Below are positions 1 to 12,400 of a stretch of 64,000 nt of DNA, in pieces. The DNA is from Leptogorgia sarmentosa. Lineage: Eukaryota. Numbering within the stretch: the first letter of the stretch is position 1; each line of letters starts with the position of its first letter. The notes under the pieces are model-generated. The model made no database searches, had not been told where the DNA came from, and saw only the letters and a list, made by a program, of their open reading frames with translations. Position numbers and translations under genes: made by a program. The stretch lies in contig OZ210885.1 in the NCBI GenBank assembly GCA_964658305.1, positions 17,980,001 through 18,044,000 of the forward strand. The letters are read 5' to 3'.

Positions 1-2580
1 GAAATACCACGAGTTTCTCTCTTGTCTGCATTTTCAACATCAACGATAATATTGAGAAATTGTTCCATCAATATATATGTACAGTATTTGGCACAGTGGC
101 CAGGGGAATCGTTTCTGCCATCACCACAAAGTATGATGGTCTCTTTAGCCAACAGTGTCCATACATCTGTTTTCATTTCGTCCCAAAGTGAAGTGATTGC
201 AGGAATAACATAGTTTCTTTGCAAGCGACTGAATGTTGCCTTTGAGATAAACCCCAAATTCATGAACTTGCAAAACATTAACATTTTGTCATAGTTATTA
301 CCAGTGATGATAACTGCTGTAGCCAATAAAATGGAATTGGTGTAAATGTTCTGTCCCTCTTTTTGGCACAATAACCTAGAAGATGTCCAACGCCCTTGGT
401 GGCCATTAGTACAATTCCAGTAAATACATAGAACTCCAGCCTCAGTCTTTGAAGTTGTTACTTTACTATTACCAGAACATGAATGATGCTGACAACCATT
501 TTCGAACAATGGTAATAATGTATTTACATCAACAACTACTCTATCTTGTTTAACATGTTCACCATATAAGTGACTTTCTCTGCCAACTTTGTTAATTGAA
601 GAGAACTTTTCTTTAATCATTTTCGTCATGCTACAAATATATTCATCCAATGTCTTTGGACCATATTCACATGATTGCGGATCATCACATGGTGGCAAAT
701 CATCACATGATGGCAAATCATCACGTGGTGGCAAATCATCACATGATGGCAAATCATCACGCGGTGGCAAATCATCACATGATGGCAAATCATCACACGG
801 TGGCAAATCATCACGCGGTGGCAAATCATCACATGATGGCAAATCATCACGCCGTGGCAAATCATCACATGATGGCAAATCATCACTTGATGGCAAATCA
901 TCACATGATGGCAAATCATCACACGGTGGCAAATCATCACGCGGTGGCAAATCATCACATGGTGGCAAATCCTCTAGTAATTCTACAATTAACATGTTCA
1001 CCATATAAGTGACTTTCTCTGCCAACTTTGTTAATTGAAGAGAACTTTTCTTTAATCATTTTCGTCATGCTACAAATATATTCATCCAATGTCTTTGGAC
1101 CATATTCACATGATTGCGGATCATCACATGGTGGCAAATCATCACATGATGGCAAATCATCACGTGGTGGCAAATCATCACATGATGGCAAATCATCACG
1201 CGGTGGCAAATCATCACATGATGGCAAATCATCACACGGTGGCAAATCATCACGCGGTGGCAAATCATCACATGATGGCAAATCATCACATGATGGCAAA
1301 TCATCACATGATGGCAAATCATCACTTGATGGCAAATCATCACATGATGGCAAATCATCACACGGTGGCAAATCATCACGCGGTGGCAAATCATCACATG
1401 GTGGCAAATCCTCTAGTGGAACCTGTAGTTCATCATCAGCATCCATGGCAGCATCTTCCACCTCAGAAGCACTTAGTGTGGCATCTGCTCCATAATTGTC
1501 CACAGACCTTTAAAAAAGATGTAACAGTAAATTAAAACATACAGGTATGTATAAACAATTTCAATCTTTTAAAATATATTGCTACTCTATTAATATCATT
1601 GTAGTCAATTTCCTTGATGCTGATGGGCTAAAAAGGTACTCACATGTCTGTCAAAGAACCAGATGTAAATGTTTCCCATTCACTTTCATTACTATCACTC
1701 ATTTCTGAATTGAAACTAACTTGTAAAGAAATAAAATACAGTATAATATGTGGATTCAATCTGTCCAAAATGATAGGGGTTTATTAGCAAATTTGGTTAT
1801 TAACTCAAACATTTCAAAATTTAATCTTATAAAAATAGTGCAATTTATGAATCATTCATTTACAGTGTACCTGGTATATTCAATATCAGACTCTAGATCC
1901 GATTCAGAGCTCGTTGAAAGACTGCCATAATGCATTCCAAATTCAGGGTTTATGCTTTCACATATAGATTCCATCCTACTTGTATTCTGGGTCAATCCAC
2001 TGGCATCACATGAAGGCTGGTTAAACATTCTACTATACAATGGATTGTCATTTGATGATGTCCCAGTTATATCAACAATTCTACAACAAAATTACACCTG
2101 TTAAAGGCTACAACAAATTGCAATTTTTACAGTCCAATGTTTACAGTTACATACGTTTCATCAATGCTGTTGTCGGGATATATTGGCGATGCTGGATGCT
2201 CCAAGCCATGTTCAAGTTCGACATTAGTTTTGCGTACTGGAGTTGAATGGAAATCTTTAACTTTGGAAACTAGTTATATATAAAAATACGAAGTGAGCCA
2301 AATTAGGAGTTGGACAAACCCTAGTATTTAATTTTTCCCAACCTGAACCAGATAATTATTTACCTGTTGGTGTTGATGGTAGTGGAGGGCTACTCTTCTG
2401 GGCTCCTGGTTCGTGACAATTATTTAATAAATACTTGGCAAACTCGCTGTGGGTCTTTTCAGAAAACCCAAAAAGAGCTTTTTTTAGAAGCCAATCGTTG
2501 AATGTATCCACCCGTAGCCTTATTCTTGTGGTTTGTATGCCAGAACTGGGTCGGCCGCGCTTCGGAGCTTTGCCGTTCAT
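1..2580 (-). pseudogene. Multi-exon Kolobok transposase gene, frameshifted by an internal duplication
   Basis: First exon 2580-2363 (MNGKAPKRGRP...TPTG, then GT donor). Further exons near 2035-1871 and 1508-1. DDLPSC repeat tract. The 439-bp duplication shifts the frame. Confidence 0.7.
549..1417. repeat. 439-bp tandem duplication, each copy holding an 18-bp minisatellite (GGCAAATCATCACATGAT variants)
   Basis: 549-978 and 988-1417 are near-identical, with ORFs 589 and 1028 offset by 439 bp. The 18-mer encodes DDLPSC/DDLPPR on the minus strand. Confidence 0.95.
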
Positions 2581-2851
2581 ACAAGCTACTTTGTATGTCT
2601 GCGAAATACGCGTTTTTATAAAAAATATCAGCAGAACTCAATCGATTAAGATACCTTCTTTCCAAAATTACAAAAAGTGAATAATTTCAGAGAAGGATTG
2701 AGCAATTACTTCCCGGATTAACTTAAAAATGATTATGCGTCCCCAAAAATGGCCGCAGGCAACGAATACAAGCGAGCACTGAATTGTGGTTGACCATCAC
2801 TCTTTAAACTGAAGGAAAAAAAATTGTATATTTGCATTGCAGTATAACATC

Positions 2852-3046
2852 CAGTGGCAAAACTAGAGCATTAATTGGTGGGTGGGTGGATATTGTATAT
2901 CTATTGTACATATATTCATGTCCTACCCGACGGATTACTCTTGGAATTAATTCAAAAACAACTGATTCCAAAAGAAATCAGTCGGGCAGAACACGAATAT
3001 ATGAATAAACATACACCCGTCACTTAACGCTCTAGTTTCGCCCCTG
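2852..3046. mobile_element. ~195-bp hAT-like MITE
   Basis: Imperfect TIRs CAGTGGCAAAACTAGAGCATTAA / TTAACGCTCTAGTTTCGCCCCTG. No clean TSD. Confidence 0.6.
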
Positions 3047-4759
3047 AAAAGTTAAAACATCTATACACTAACCACCTTCGTTTTGGTGAATAATTGTTCA
3101 TTACTTTACATTTATTAGGTCAATTGCAGAGGAGGTTGGACAGCTGTCATGTGGATTTCTCGACCAATCAAATCGCGCTAATTTTCCATCGTATTCGCGG
3201 AAATTTTTGTTCTTTTAATTTGCATTAGACGCATAAAAACTCAAAAAGTATGCATATATATACAAATTTTGCACATAAAATGGAAGCGTGACCGAAGTAT
3301 TATGAATGAGCTAGCGATCTATGCAAGAATTTCTCAGGTAAATGCTATTTTTCAATATTAAAGTTGGCCATGTCGTCTCGGCGTAATGGCCGAAGTCTGT
3401 TTCAGTTTACAAATTTCAAATTAAAAAATCTGGAGTTCCCACGGTTCGATTTTCGTAATTTTTGCAAAAAAGTCAAGACAAATGCCTAAACTTAAAATCT
3501 GCTGGAGAGATCCCCCGGCAGATTTTGAGATATTTCGCACTAAACTGACCATAGGCAATTCAACGTTTGTCAAAATGGCGTCCAATGCTTCGGGACGACA
3601 TCGCCGCACCAAAGCTCGTTTCTCATAGTTCTAGGCTAATTTTAAAAGGATACTTAGAAGATTCAGGCATTATTTGCCTGTTTTTTTTTTTTTAATGCGT
3701 GTGCATGTGTAATAACAAGTCTGTTACCGTATCATCTTTGATTGAATGCCAGTATTTTTATGTATAAACAGTATGTACCTAATTTTGGCTTCATAATTTC
3801 CCAACTGGTCAACATTTGGGAAGAAACCATGGGCACAAATGCGTAGACCTTTCATATCTATATGTGCATACTGTATTATTCTTTCACATCATGCCTATGC
3901 AAGCTGGCCATTGTTAGTGGTTCATTGTATTTTTGTATTATACATGTGTAGGTGCTATTATGTGGAGTGATGAGGATGTCAGCATTGGACTAGTATATTG
4001 TTGTTCTTCTACCTTCACATGAACGAGTTTCTATCTAGTAAACAGCATATCCTGTAATTGTTCTTGGCAAATTGAGATGTGGTCCCTCCCCAGGACAAGG
4101 GCAAGTACCAGAGCAGCCTCTTACAGGGAGTGGAAGAACCAGAGGTTCAAGGATGATGATGATGATTCAGAACATAAAATAGATACATTATTTTATAATT
4201 ATTTTATTTGTAACACATATGTTGTCTTGCTATGTAATGTGTAACTTGATAGTGTCATTAATAAAACTTTGCTCATTATACTTAGACAAATTAAATATAC
4301 AGAGAATATGCATTGTATAACCAGTAGATTATTTGAAAATAAAGAGACATCTGTACACTAATATTAAAGTACACTGTACATTTTGACAAGAGAACAAGTT
4401 GGTTTTGAATGCATTGTAGTTTATAATCATAATGTACCTGAAATATGGTTTATACTAATATACTAATATACTTTCACAATGGCGATACACGGAAAGTCAA
4501 TAAAATTGTCGCAATTGAAAGCCACGCAATTCAAAAACGGTGAAATTGGAGTAAGTAAAACGGCATTCATCGAAAGAATCGCAACGACGGAAGTATATCA
4601 GGTTATTTTCCAATTTGTAGATTCAAAGGCGTCCAAATTATTCTGCCATAGAGATGTTTACTTCGCGGCAGTCAAAACACAAATGAGGCCGCACATGCAT
4701 TCAGAAGCTTATTACCCATGATGCTTTGCGGTCTGCTGTCCAACCTCCTCTGGGTCAAT

Positions 4760-5734
4760 TGTTAGAAGAATGCCTATGCTCGACCAAATGGTAGAGGGTT
4801 TGCGCTCGTTTGGTGTGCTTGGTTGCATTAAGCAAAATGCCAAACTGCTAAAACCAGTATTCACAAATTATGCCACGTTCAAGGTCCAGGCCGAAATATT
4901 TTTGGAAAATATAGTTGGAGACTTCAGCGAAACAGGTTCTAATTTCAAAGAAGTTGAAGTGAATATATTTAAATATTTTTCGGACTATGTTGAGGATTGC
5001 GAAGATCCAGGTAAGATTCTTTATTTCATTGTCTTTGATTTATCTTTTAAACAATAGAGCAATATGTAAATTAGTAGGGTACAATTTGATGATTTAAATC
5101 CCCGAATTACGAAAGACCGCTATATCCAAATGACATGTTCATTCAGTTGCAGTATTAATATGTAAGGCACGAAAACTCGATTTGAATACTTTGAAAGGCA
5201 TATTTTATATGATACAGGGATAATAGCTATATAATGCCACATTTTCTATATAAGCGCGGTCCTTCAGCCAAAAACTTAAAAATTGGATTGGATTAGAGAC
5301 CTACTCATTCTAGATACTATCTAATAAAAAAATAGGCATAAACACACTGCATGGTAACCAAAACCTTATTAAATAAGATCTTAATTAGTTCATTAATCCC
5401 CCAAAATGAGTTGGTCTGAAATAAGAGGTTAAGTAAGTTAATGAATGAACACATTGCGCTAAGATTCCCGTTCATGTCTTTAGAAAACCCTGCAGGTTCT
5501 TTACCGAAGCTATTACAATTTATCACCGGTACAATGGCGTTTCCTCCTCTTGGTTTTTCGAAAGTGATGACAGCCAAATTCAAGCATGGTTGCCCAAGCA
5601 TGTGCCGATGTAGGCCTACGTCATCTACGTGCGACTTAAGCATTACTCTACTGACACATTGCCATGGTCAAGAAGATTTTAATCTTTTAATGAACTCTGC
5701 TGTTGTTGAAAGCGTTGGTTTCGGTAATTTGTAA
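4760..5734 (+). pseudogene. HECT-domain (G2E3-like) C-terminal exons
   Basis: LDQMVEGLRSFGVL... (4770-5010, GT donor at 5011) and LLQFITG...PPLGF...PTSSTCDLSITL...SVGFGNL* (to 5734) match a HECT C-lobe with its catalytic-Cys region. N-terminus missing. Confidence 0.7.
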
Positions 5735-5969
5735 AAAAACAAAAACAAAATGGACTGTTATTTTTATTGCGGTTTTCCAAAAGAATAGTTGACTTTATAA
5801 GTTTTATGTGTTTTGTTGCCCGGTGTAAACACCTCATGAATCCGTAGAACTGAAAAACAACACTGGTGTGCTTTTATGAATCCGGAATCGTATGCCCTGG
5901 TGTAAACAGGCTAGCGTCTAAGAGTAAGAACAATTTGAACTCAAACCCATAGAATGTATGTGTGTCAAA

Positions 5970-7232
5970 CTACGACACTGCTATGTTCATTAAACATTGG
6001 TAAAGATTAAAAGCTTCTTCTGGACTACTTGGATACTGCATTTGTTCATGCTCCATGACATAGTGAAAGTATTCTTGGTATTCGTTTTGTTCTTCATTGG
6101 CTTCAAGCTGTGCATCCATCTCTGCAATTTTCGCGTCAGGAACCAATTTTAGGTTATCCACAGCTCCTGATCTAGCAGGTAAGAAGTAAAGTATATCAGG
6201 AGACCCTGACACACAATCATGCCTCGAAGGTCGTATGTGGTGCGAATTCCAAGAATCCTTGGTTTTCTGAAAGTCTTCATTCAAGATTGAATAAAAACAA
6301 AACCAGAGACATTCTCTTTGAAGGTCATTGGCTAGATCGAATAAACCAGAGCTCGCCATATCTTTAAAAAAGTTGATCCACCAGTGGGATCGCATTTTTC
6401 GAAAATGCGACCACCAGTTTTCAATTCGCTGGTTCCTGGTTGATGCTGTTGTCGCGCTGGAACATCTGGTAAGTTGTTGGACCGCACCACTTCCAACCAC
6501 AGTACTCTTCTGCTGTAGCCATCTATAGAAGCATGGACAGGAAAACCAAATGGCTTCAATTTGTCATACCCTGTCAAATAATATATACAGAAATTCATTT
6601 TGTTATATTTTCTTTTTGCTATAAATTAAAATCAGTGTTTCGTAAATTAAAATAGCATGTTGTGTGTTGTAAAAATACTGTTTTTAGAAAATTGTTAGTT
6701 TGAGTACATGGTACATATTATGCTCCTAAATAGCAGTGGAACAGTTCTATTACTTGGAGGAGCTTTTGTCTCATTACATTTCTCTGGTCAGAGAAAGTAA
6801 AGTTTCTTTGTAAAGTCTTTACTTACCATCCACATGCCAACAATGATTTGGGCCTGGGGACAAATATTTTCGCCTTTGCAATTTTCTAGACCTTCTAGCA
6901 TTGCTTGCACCTGGATCCAGTTCCTTGAGGAGACGTGCAACCAAATCTCTTGGGACATGAACATTATGAACAAGTCTAAGAGCATGCCAAATTGTTCTGT
7001 ATCCAGATAGTTCTCCAGCATTTGCCATTTCCATTTTAATGAGATCCCTAACCGTACCATCATCTATGACATTGTTCCGTCTCTTCAGCCCAAACTTGTC
7101 AAGTCTTCTTTTTAGGGTACGCAAACTAATGGATATTCCATGGTGCTTTTGTAAAAAATCGAGTATTACCTCATACGTAAAACCACGATGGAAGTAAGAC
7201 TTTATAATATCTTCCTCTTTTAATTCATTCAT
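5970..7232 (-). pseudogene. IS3EU-like integrase-core transposase, two exons, internal deletion
   Basis: HTH N-terminus, GPNHCWHVDG|YDKLKPFGFPVHASIDGYSRRVLWL, then NQRIENWW and WNSHHIR. The segment that should hold the second catalytic Asp is missing near 6452, with a frame change. Confidence 0.75.
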
Positions 7233-7746
7233 TTATATCTATCGTCACCTATAAACAATTAAAATTGCATTTGTCTGCCAGGTTCATCGTAGGAGGGTGA
7301 ATATGGGGTGGAATCACTGACTGAGATATAAGTGATAACCAATTACAAAAAATTTGGAAAATTTAAATTGAATTTAGTGCGTTGCATTTGAATCAATTTG
7401 GTGTGATGAATTTCATTCGATATAAGAGATTTCTTATAATATTCGATGTAACACTTGTGGGCCACCATACGTGCATACCTATTGGCTATCGACTGGTAGC
7501 AATAAGTTTCTTCATGAATTATTAATGATTTTACAATATATTTTTAAAACGTTTACAAATTACAAAACTTACTGTTAAGTAGTAACTTTCCACAATTGGA
7601 ACAGAAATTTGTGCTGTCTTGGAAATGCTCCCCACAACAAGATTTCATTATTTGTCTTTGCCCAGATAGTAAATTGTAATAATTGAGTAGACCTCGTGGT
7701 GTTATGAAAATATCTGCTCCCCCCCCCCCTGCACAAAATACCTCAC

Positions 7747-7846
7747 AGATGTGCTCTAAACAGAGGCAGTCACCCCCCCCCCCTGGACATATTCAGAATG
7801 TTCTTTCATTCAGGGGGGTGACTGCCTCTATTTAGGACACTCGCTG
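7747..7846. repeat. ~100-bp palindromic MITE
   Basis: CTAAACAGAGGCAGTCACCCCC ... GGGGGTGACTGCCTCTATTTAG inverted arms. Confidence 0.6.
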
Positions 7847-7879
7847 AATGACGAATCCTGACCAATACAGAAAAAGAAT

Positions 7880-7964
7880 GCACATTTCTACGCAGCACAG
7901 TCGCATTTCTAGGCAGCACAGTCACATTTCCATGCAGTAGTGGTGGCCCTTATCGGCCACCGTA
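7880..7964 (-). mobile_element. IS3EU-like terminus with short subterminal repeats
   Basis: GGCCCTTATCGGCCACCGTA (TACGGTGGCC on the minus strand), preceded by GCAGCACAGTCGCATTTC repeats. A similar end occurs at 7455-7469. Confidence 0.55.
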
Positions 7965-8219
7965 TATTCACGACTTTGAACTTTATCTATGTCTGTAATC
8001 CAAACGGCAGTCTTTACACAAACCGGTCACAATTTAAACTCGTCTTCGGCGTGTGTGCAGACTTTAAGATATATCAATACTAATAGACTATTTAAATTCA
8101 AAAATAAACTATACTTCTGGAACGGTATAAAAAATTATTTCTGAAATGGTAGTAAATTTAAATAAACTTAAAACGGTTTAGTTAATTCGGTTAATATAGA
8201 CCTATTTGTAGTAACACCA

Positions 8220-8662
8220 GTGCATTTTTATAGGCTTTGTATGAATTACCAAATAAGTGACAATTCTTTCATCGCAACAGAGTCAATATTTGAAAGTTTC
8301 CAAAATAGCTGCCCAGATAAGGAAAATGTCATCCTAAGTGCACGTGAGCTTGGAATTATAATAAACCAGGTATTTCCCTCAGCAGTCAGAACACAAAAGC
8401 GGGTCAACGGAAAGAGAGTATGGCATTATCCTTTGTCGAGAGTTAGCGAGATAGTTGAGATAGAGTCCGATCGCATCGAATGGGAAAATCTTGGGAATTT
8501 AACATTAGATTTTGGTTGGCATTTGTCAAATAATAATGATAATTTTGTTGAGTGGATAAAGATTCCATCCCAAGATTTGTGCAATGGCAACAGGGTAATA
8601 AAAGAAGTTAAAATCTTTAAGGATTGGACTTTTGCAGTGCGAGTGAATAATCGTGACATTAA
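8220..8662 (+). pseudogene. Fragment with RFX-like winged-helix similarity, cut by a Harbinger insertion
   Basis: ARELGIIINQVFPSAVRTQKRVNGKRVWHY resembles the RFX DNA-binding motif. The ORF beyond 8662 is Harbinger TIR read-through. Confidence 0.45.
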
Positions 8663-9410
8663 GGCCCGTTTCAAACGTCGAATTTTGCATGTGTCGAATT
8701 CAATTGCTGGAATTATGTGCATGCGAAATTCGACTTCTGAAACAATTAAATTCGACGTTTCTGATTACGGTCGACCTTAACCACAAATTCGACCGATGTG
8801 GCCGCATAATGCTTGCCAAATGCGACACCGTTTCAGGCGTCGCACTTTGCATGTGTCGAATTCAATTCAAATGGGAAGTGGAAGTCTGGAACGAGTTTAA
8901 ATACGAAAGACGTCATGTTATGCGTCAAATATTAGTTTCCCCATTATTTCCCCCACTGCGGGAATTATCAAATATGGCGTCGCGCTGCAAATCATGTGGA
9001 CTATTCACGAAGTACATTTGTATATAGTGTTCCATGTCAGTATGCAATCGTTGTTCGAAATGTGAGGAAAATGAAGAATGCGATGGCTGGGAAATGGGAA
9101 AATCAGTGGGATATTGCATTGATTGTCAACTATTTGGAGCTGAAAATGTAAATAAGGACGAAATCATTGCCAATGCCAGTCACAGTGACAGAACAACAAA
9201 CTCGGACAGGTGTATTGTTTCAGTCTCAGACAGGTTAGTTTCCATAATCCATATTAAATTATATTTTTGCAGTATATCTATAATGGATATCGATAATGAT
9301 TGTTTCATTTTTTGTTTAGCAATGTATGCTTGGATTGAGCTATTAGTAAAGTCTATTATGCAAAGTGTATTAATTAATATTCAATAACCCTACAATATAT
9401 AACTTTTTAA

Positions 9411-12400
9411 GAGCAGATGTCAGCAAGCATCAAACAAATATAAAAAAACATGGCAAATCTTGAAAAATCAATTTCGCCCAAACTTTCACGATTGATAGCC
9501 TAATATGTCCCAATCATAACGGTAAGGTTTGTTGCTTAAAATATTTGTTTTCTTTTCTGATAGAAGGGTTTTAGTAGGAAGTGTTAATTATGCAAATTAT
9601 AGGACCTGAATTTGGCCAGATTCAATGACTTTGTGCAACGAAATTTTGTAACATTTGACTATAAAACCGACACAATTCTTTCGTTTAACATCTATACTTG
9701 ACTCTCTATAATTATTTAAGGTTTTATTGCAATGTGAAATTTGTTACAAATTTTCTTATCAGCTACAGTTTTTACAATTCTAAAAGTAGCCCTGAAACAG
9801 CGGTCATTTTAACTATGAGCGATACAACAAAATTCAACGAGCTTCTAGGTTTTAAGAGACGAAACGATGATAATTCAAATTGTTTAAAATTTTCTTTGTG
9901 TATTTGAATCGTATTTGCGAGAAGCGAATTGAAAGTTACGTAAAATTCATACTAATTAATGACCGAATGAAATTAACAAGTTTGTCTTGTTAGCATTTTT
10001 AAACTTGAGCATAAACTACTTAACTGTAATCTTGTATTAGTAGTTGAAGTTCATATGCTCTTTTATGTATTGTTTGTCGATTTGAAGGCGTCATAGCCGG
10101 TTGTAAGAACTAAAACAGTTAAACGACAATAGTTTTAAACGCGTCGCGTGCACTGAGATCGCGTGACACATTACACGTGCTACGGAAATTTGTTTACATC
10201 GTTTTCTTTGACATTCAATCGCATTCTATTCTTTAGATTTTTTTCAATAGCAATTTAACTTCTCGCCCAATGCTTGTTTATCCATTCTAGAAATAATTGA
10301 TCAAACCGTTATTTCCAGGGTAATAATAAATAATGTTGACACTAGTCGTCACTGTAATTGACATTTTGGCTAAGTGAGTGGCTTTACTGCAATGATAAAG
10401 TTCATTTGAAGGTCAGTTCGGCTTGCTATTACAGTATTGTTTGTCGTAGCAGTACTAGTATTTATTGCAAACACGTACACTTTTGGCATAACTTCTCTAT
10501 AAGTTCAATATATGGCTTCTTGCGTTTAACTTTAATGTTAGAAACATCCAGCTGAAATGAAGAACAGATATCTTGTAGCACCAAGATGGAAAACCGGTCG
10601 AACTTTTTGCGAGAGGCGTAGTCGCAAAGGTTGTACGTGTCGTGCATGATGGGATGATGGATGGAAACTACATCAAGAACTTGGCTTTGCATATCTTGTA
10701 AGAGTTTCTCTTTTTCAACTTCTTGCTGGTCTTTTAAAAATTCGACATGGTCTTGACATTTTTTCTTTTTTGCAGTTACGCGTGAAAAGAAACTGGTGAT
10801 TTGCTGCGATGTCAAAAATTCTGAGGGAATGAACATTGGTTCGCCATTAGAAAGCTTTGCTTTTCTCATAGATTTTGAAACAGAAACAGGATCAGCTTTT
10901 TGACCTGTTTCCTGTCCAATCTGATAAATGTCTAGTAGATATTTCTTCTGCTTTTCTGAGTGCCTCTTCCGCTGCTTCGTGTGTTTAAGAGACCATCCGA
11001 TTTTAAGCGTAGTTGGCTCATCTACCAGCATTGTAGGAATATTTACAGAGATAGGTGGTACATCACAACATGCTCCTTGCTCAAGTTTACCAGCGTACAT
11101 CATGATTGCTTTGTCATAAAGAGTTTCACGTTCTAAAACGTACTTGTGCTGACCACAGTCGATGTGGTTTTGAAACGAAGAATATCTCTGGAAAGACTTG
11201 ATGCAGCCTTCTTCTGGGCAAAAGAATAAATCCTGCGACTCGTGGTCAGAATTATCGTCCGCAGTTTCTAGTTGCGCATTTATCTCATGTTGGTCTGGTC
11301 CAGATTTTTTGCTGGAACTTCGTCTTGCAGTGACGTCAGTGAAAGAAGTGGAGGATGTACGAGCGCTAAGTTCACCGACAGTGTTAAGAGTAGGTAACTG
11401 GTGATCCTCTAAATCTCCGAAATTTTCCCACGGCAAGAATTTGCCTGGTCCTATCCCATAGGCTCTCCAGACTCGTATACCTTTATCGTTCAGCTCCATG
11501 TTGTTGAGGAAACTGATGCCCTCCCATGTCACTGGAAAAGGTATTTGGCTAGTTTGCTGCCCACATAACGTCACCCTCACCCCTGGCACACCATGTAACG
11601 ACTCTATAGCTGCTACCATCTGTTCTGGTGTCTCGACATCATGTCCTTCGTTGAGATAGACTTTTATGTGACTTTTTATTGTTGCTGCTTTGCGATCACA
11701 AGATCCTTTGCCTCCCTGAGGATCTGAATAATCAACGCGGGATAGATGAATGTTGTTTTTCGTTGCTAATCGCTGAACTGATAACAATATTGAGGTAGAG
11801 TGATAGCATCCAGCATTGTCTTGTCTGAGGAAGACCGTTTTGATTTCTGGTGCAACTGACTTAAGTTGACTGAATACATCGTCAATGATTGCTAACACCG
11901 TATCGCTTTCCTGGATGCACTTTTCAAACACATGTACAAAGGTAAGCATTTGCATTTTTCCATCCTCAGTTTTTCTGATAGCTACTGTTATATGCCAACT
12001 AATGCCACGTTTTCCAAACCAATCACTTTGTGCCTCTCGGAACTTCCTCGGCAGAAATTTCATAGCCCAATCAAGCACAAGGAGAGCTGATTCTGGATTC
12101 AGACCTTGGAGAATATCCAACCGCGCTTGGTCTTGATTGATTGAACGTAGAAGATGAGCTTTCCATCCCTGAATTTTTTCAACATAGTAGCTGACGTCAT
12201 GTTTCATTTCATCTTTTACACCTCCATCTTCGAGGTTGTCTAGAACTGTTTCCACTTCTTTAACAACAGCAGGGAATATGTCACAGCGGTCACATCTTTC
12301 TTTATGCTCATGGTCACACGGCGTGTTGTAATCAGCGTCATCATTAAAGCTAAGAGCGTATCTTATGCAGTGGTCAGGTATCGTAGAATTCTGCGCAACA

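Larger units (their letters stand above)
1..2803 (-). mobile_element. Kolobok-type DNA transposon, 5' part (runs off the left edge)
   Basis: Terminus ...GACCATCACTCT|TTAA at 2803/2804, i.e. TTAA followed by AG on the minus strand. Minus-strand translation of 1-550 contains LCGDGRNDSPGHCAKYCTY, the first-catalytic-Asp motif I associate with Kolobok transposases. Confidence 0.75.

Noticed and set aside
626..1535. His-, Met- and Gly-rich ORFs as novel metal-binding proteins
   Set aside because: They are alternative-frame readings of the 18-bp minisatellite. The true frame is the minus-strand transposase exon.
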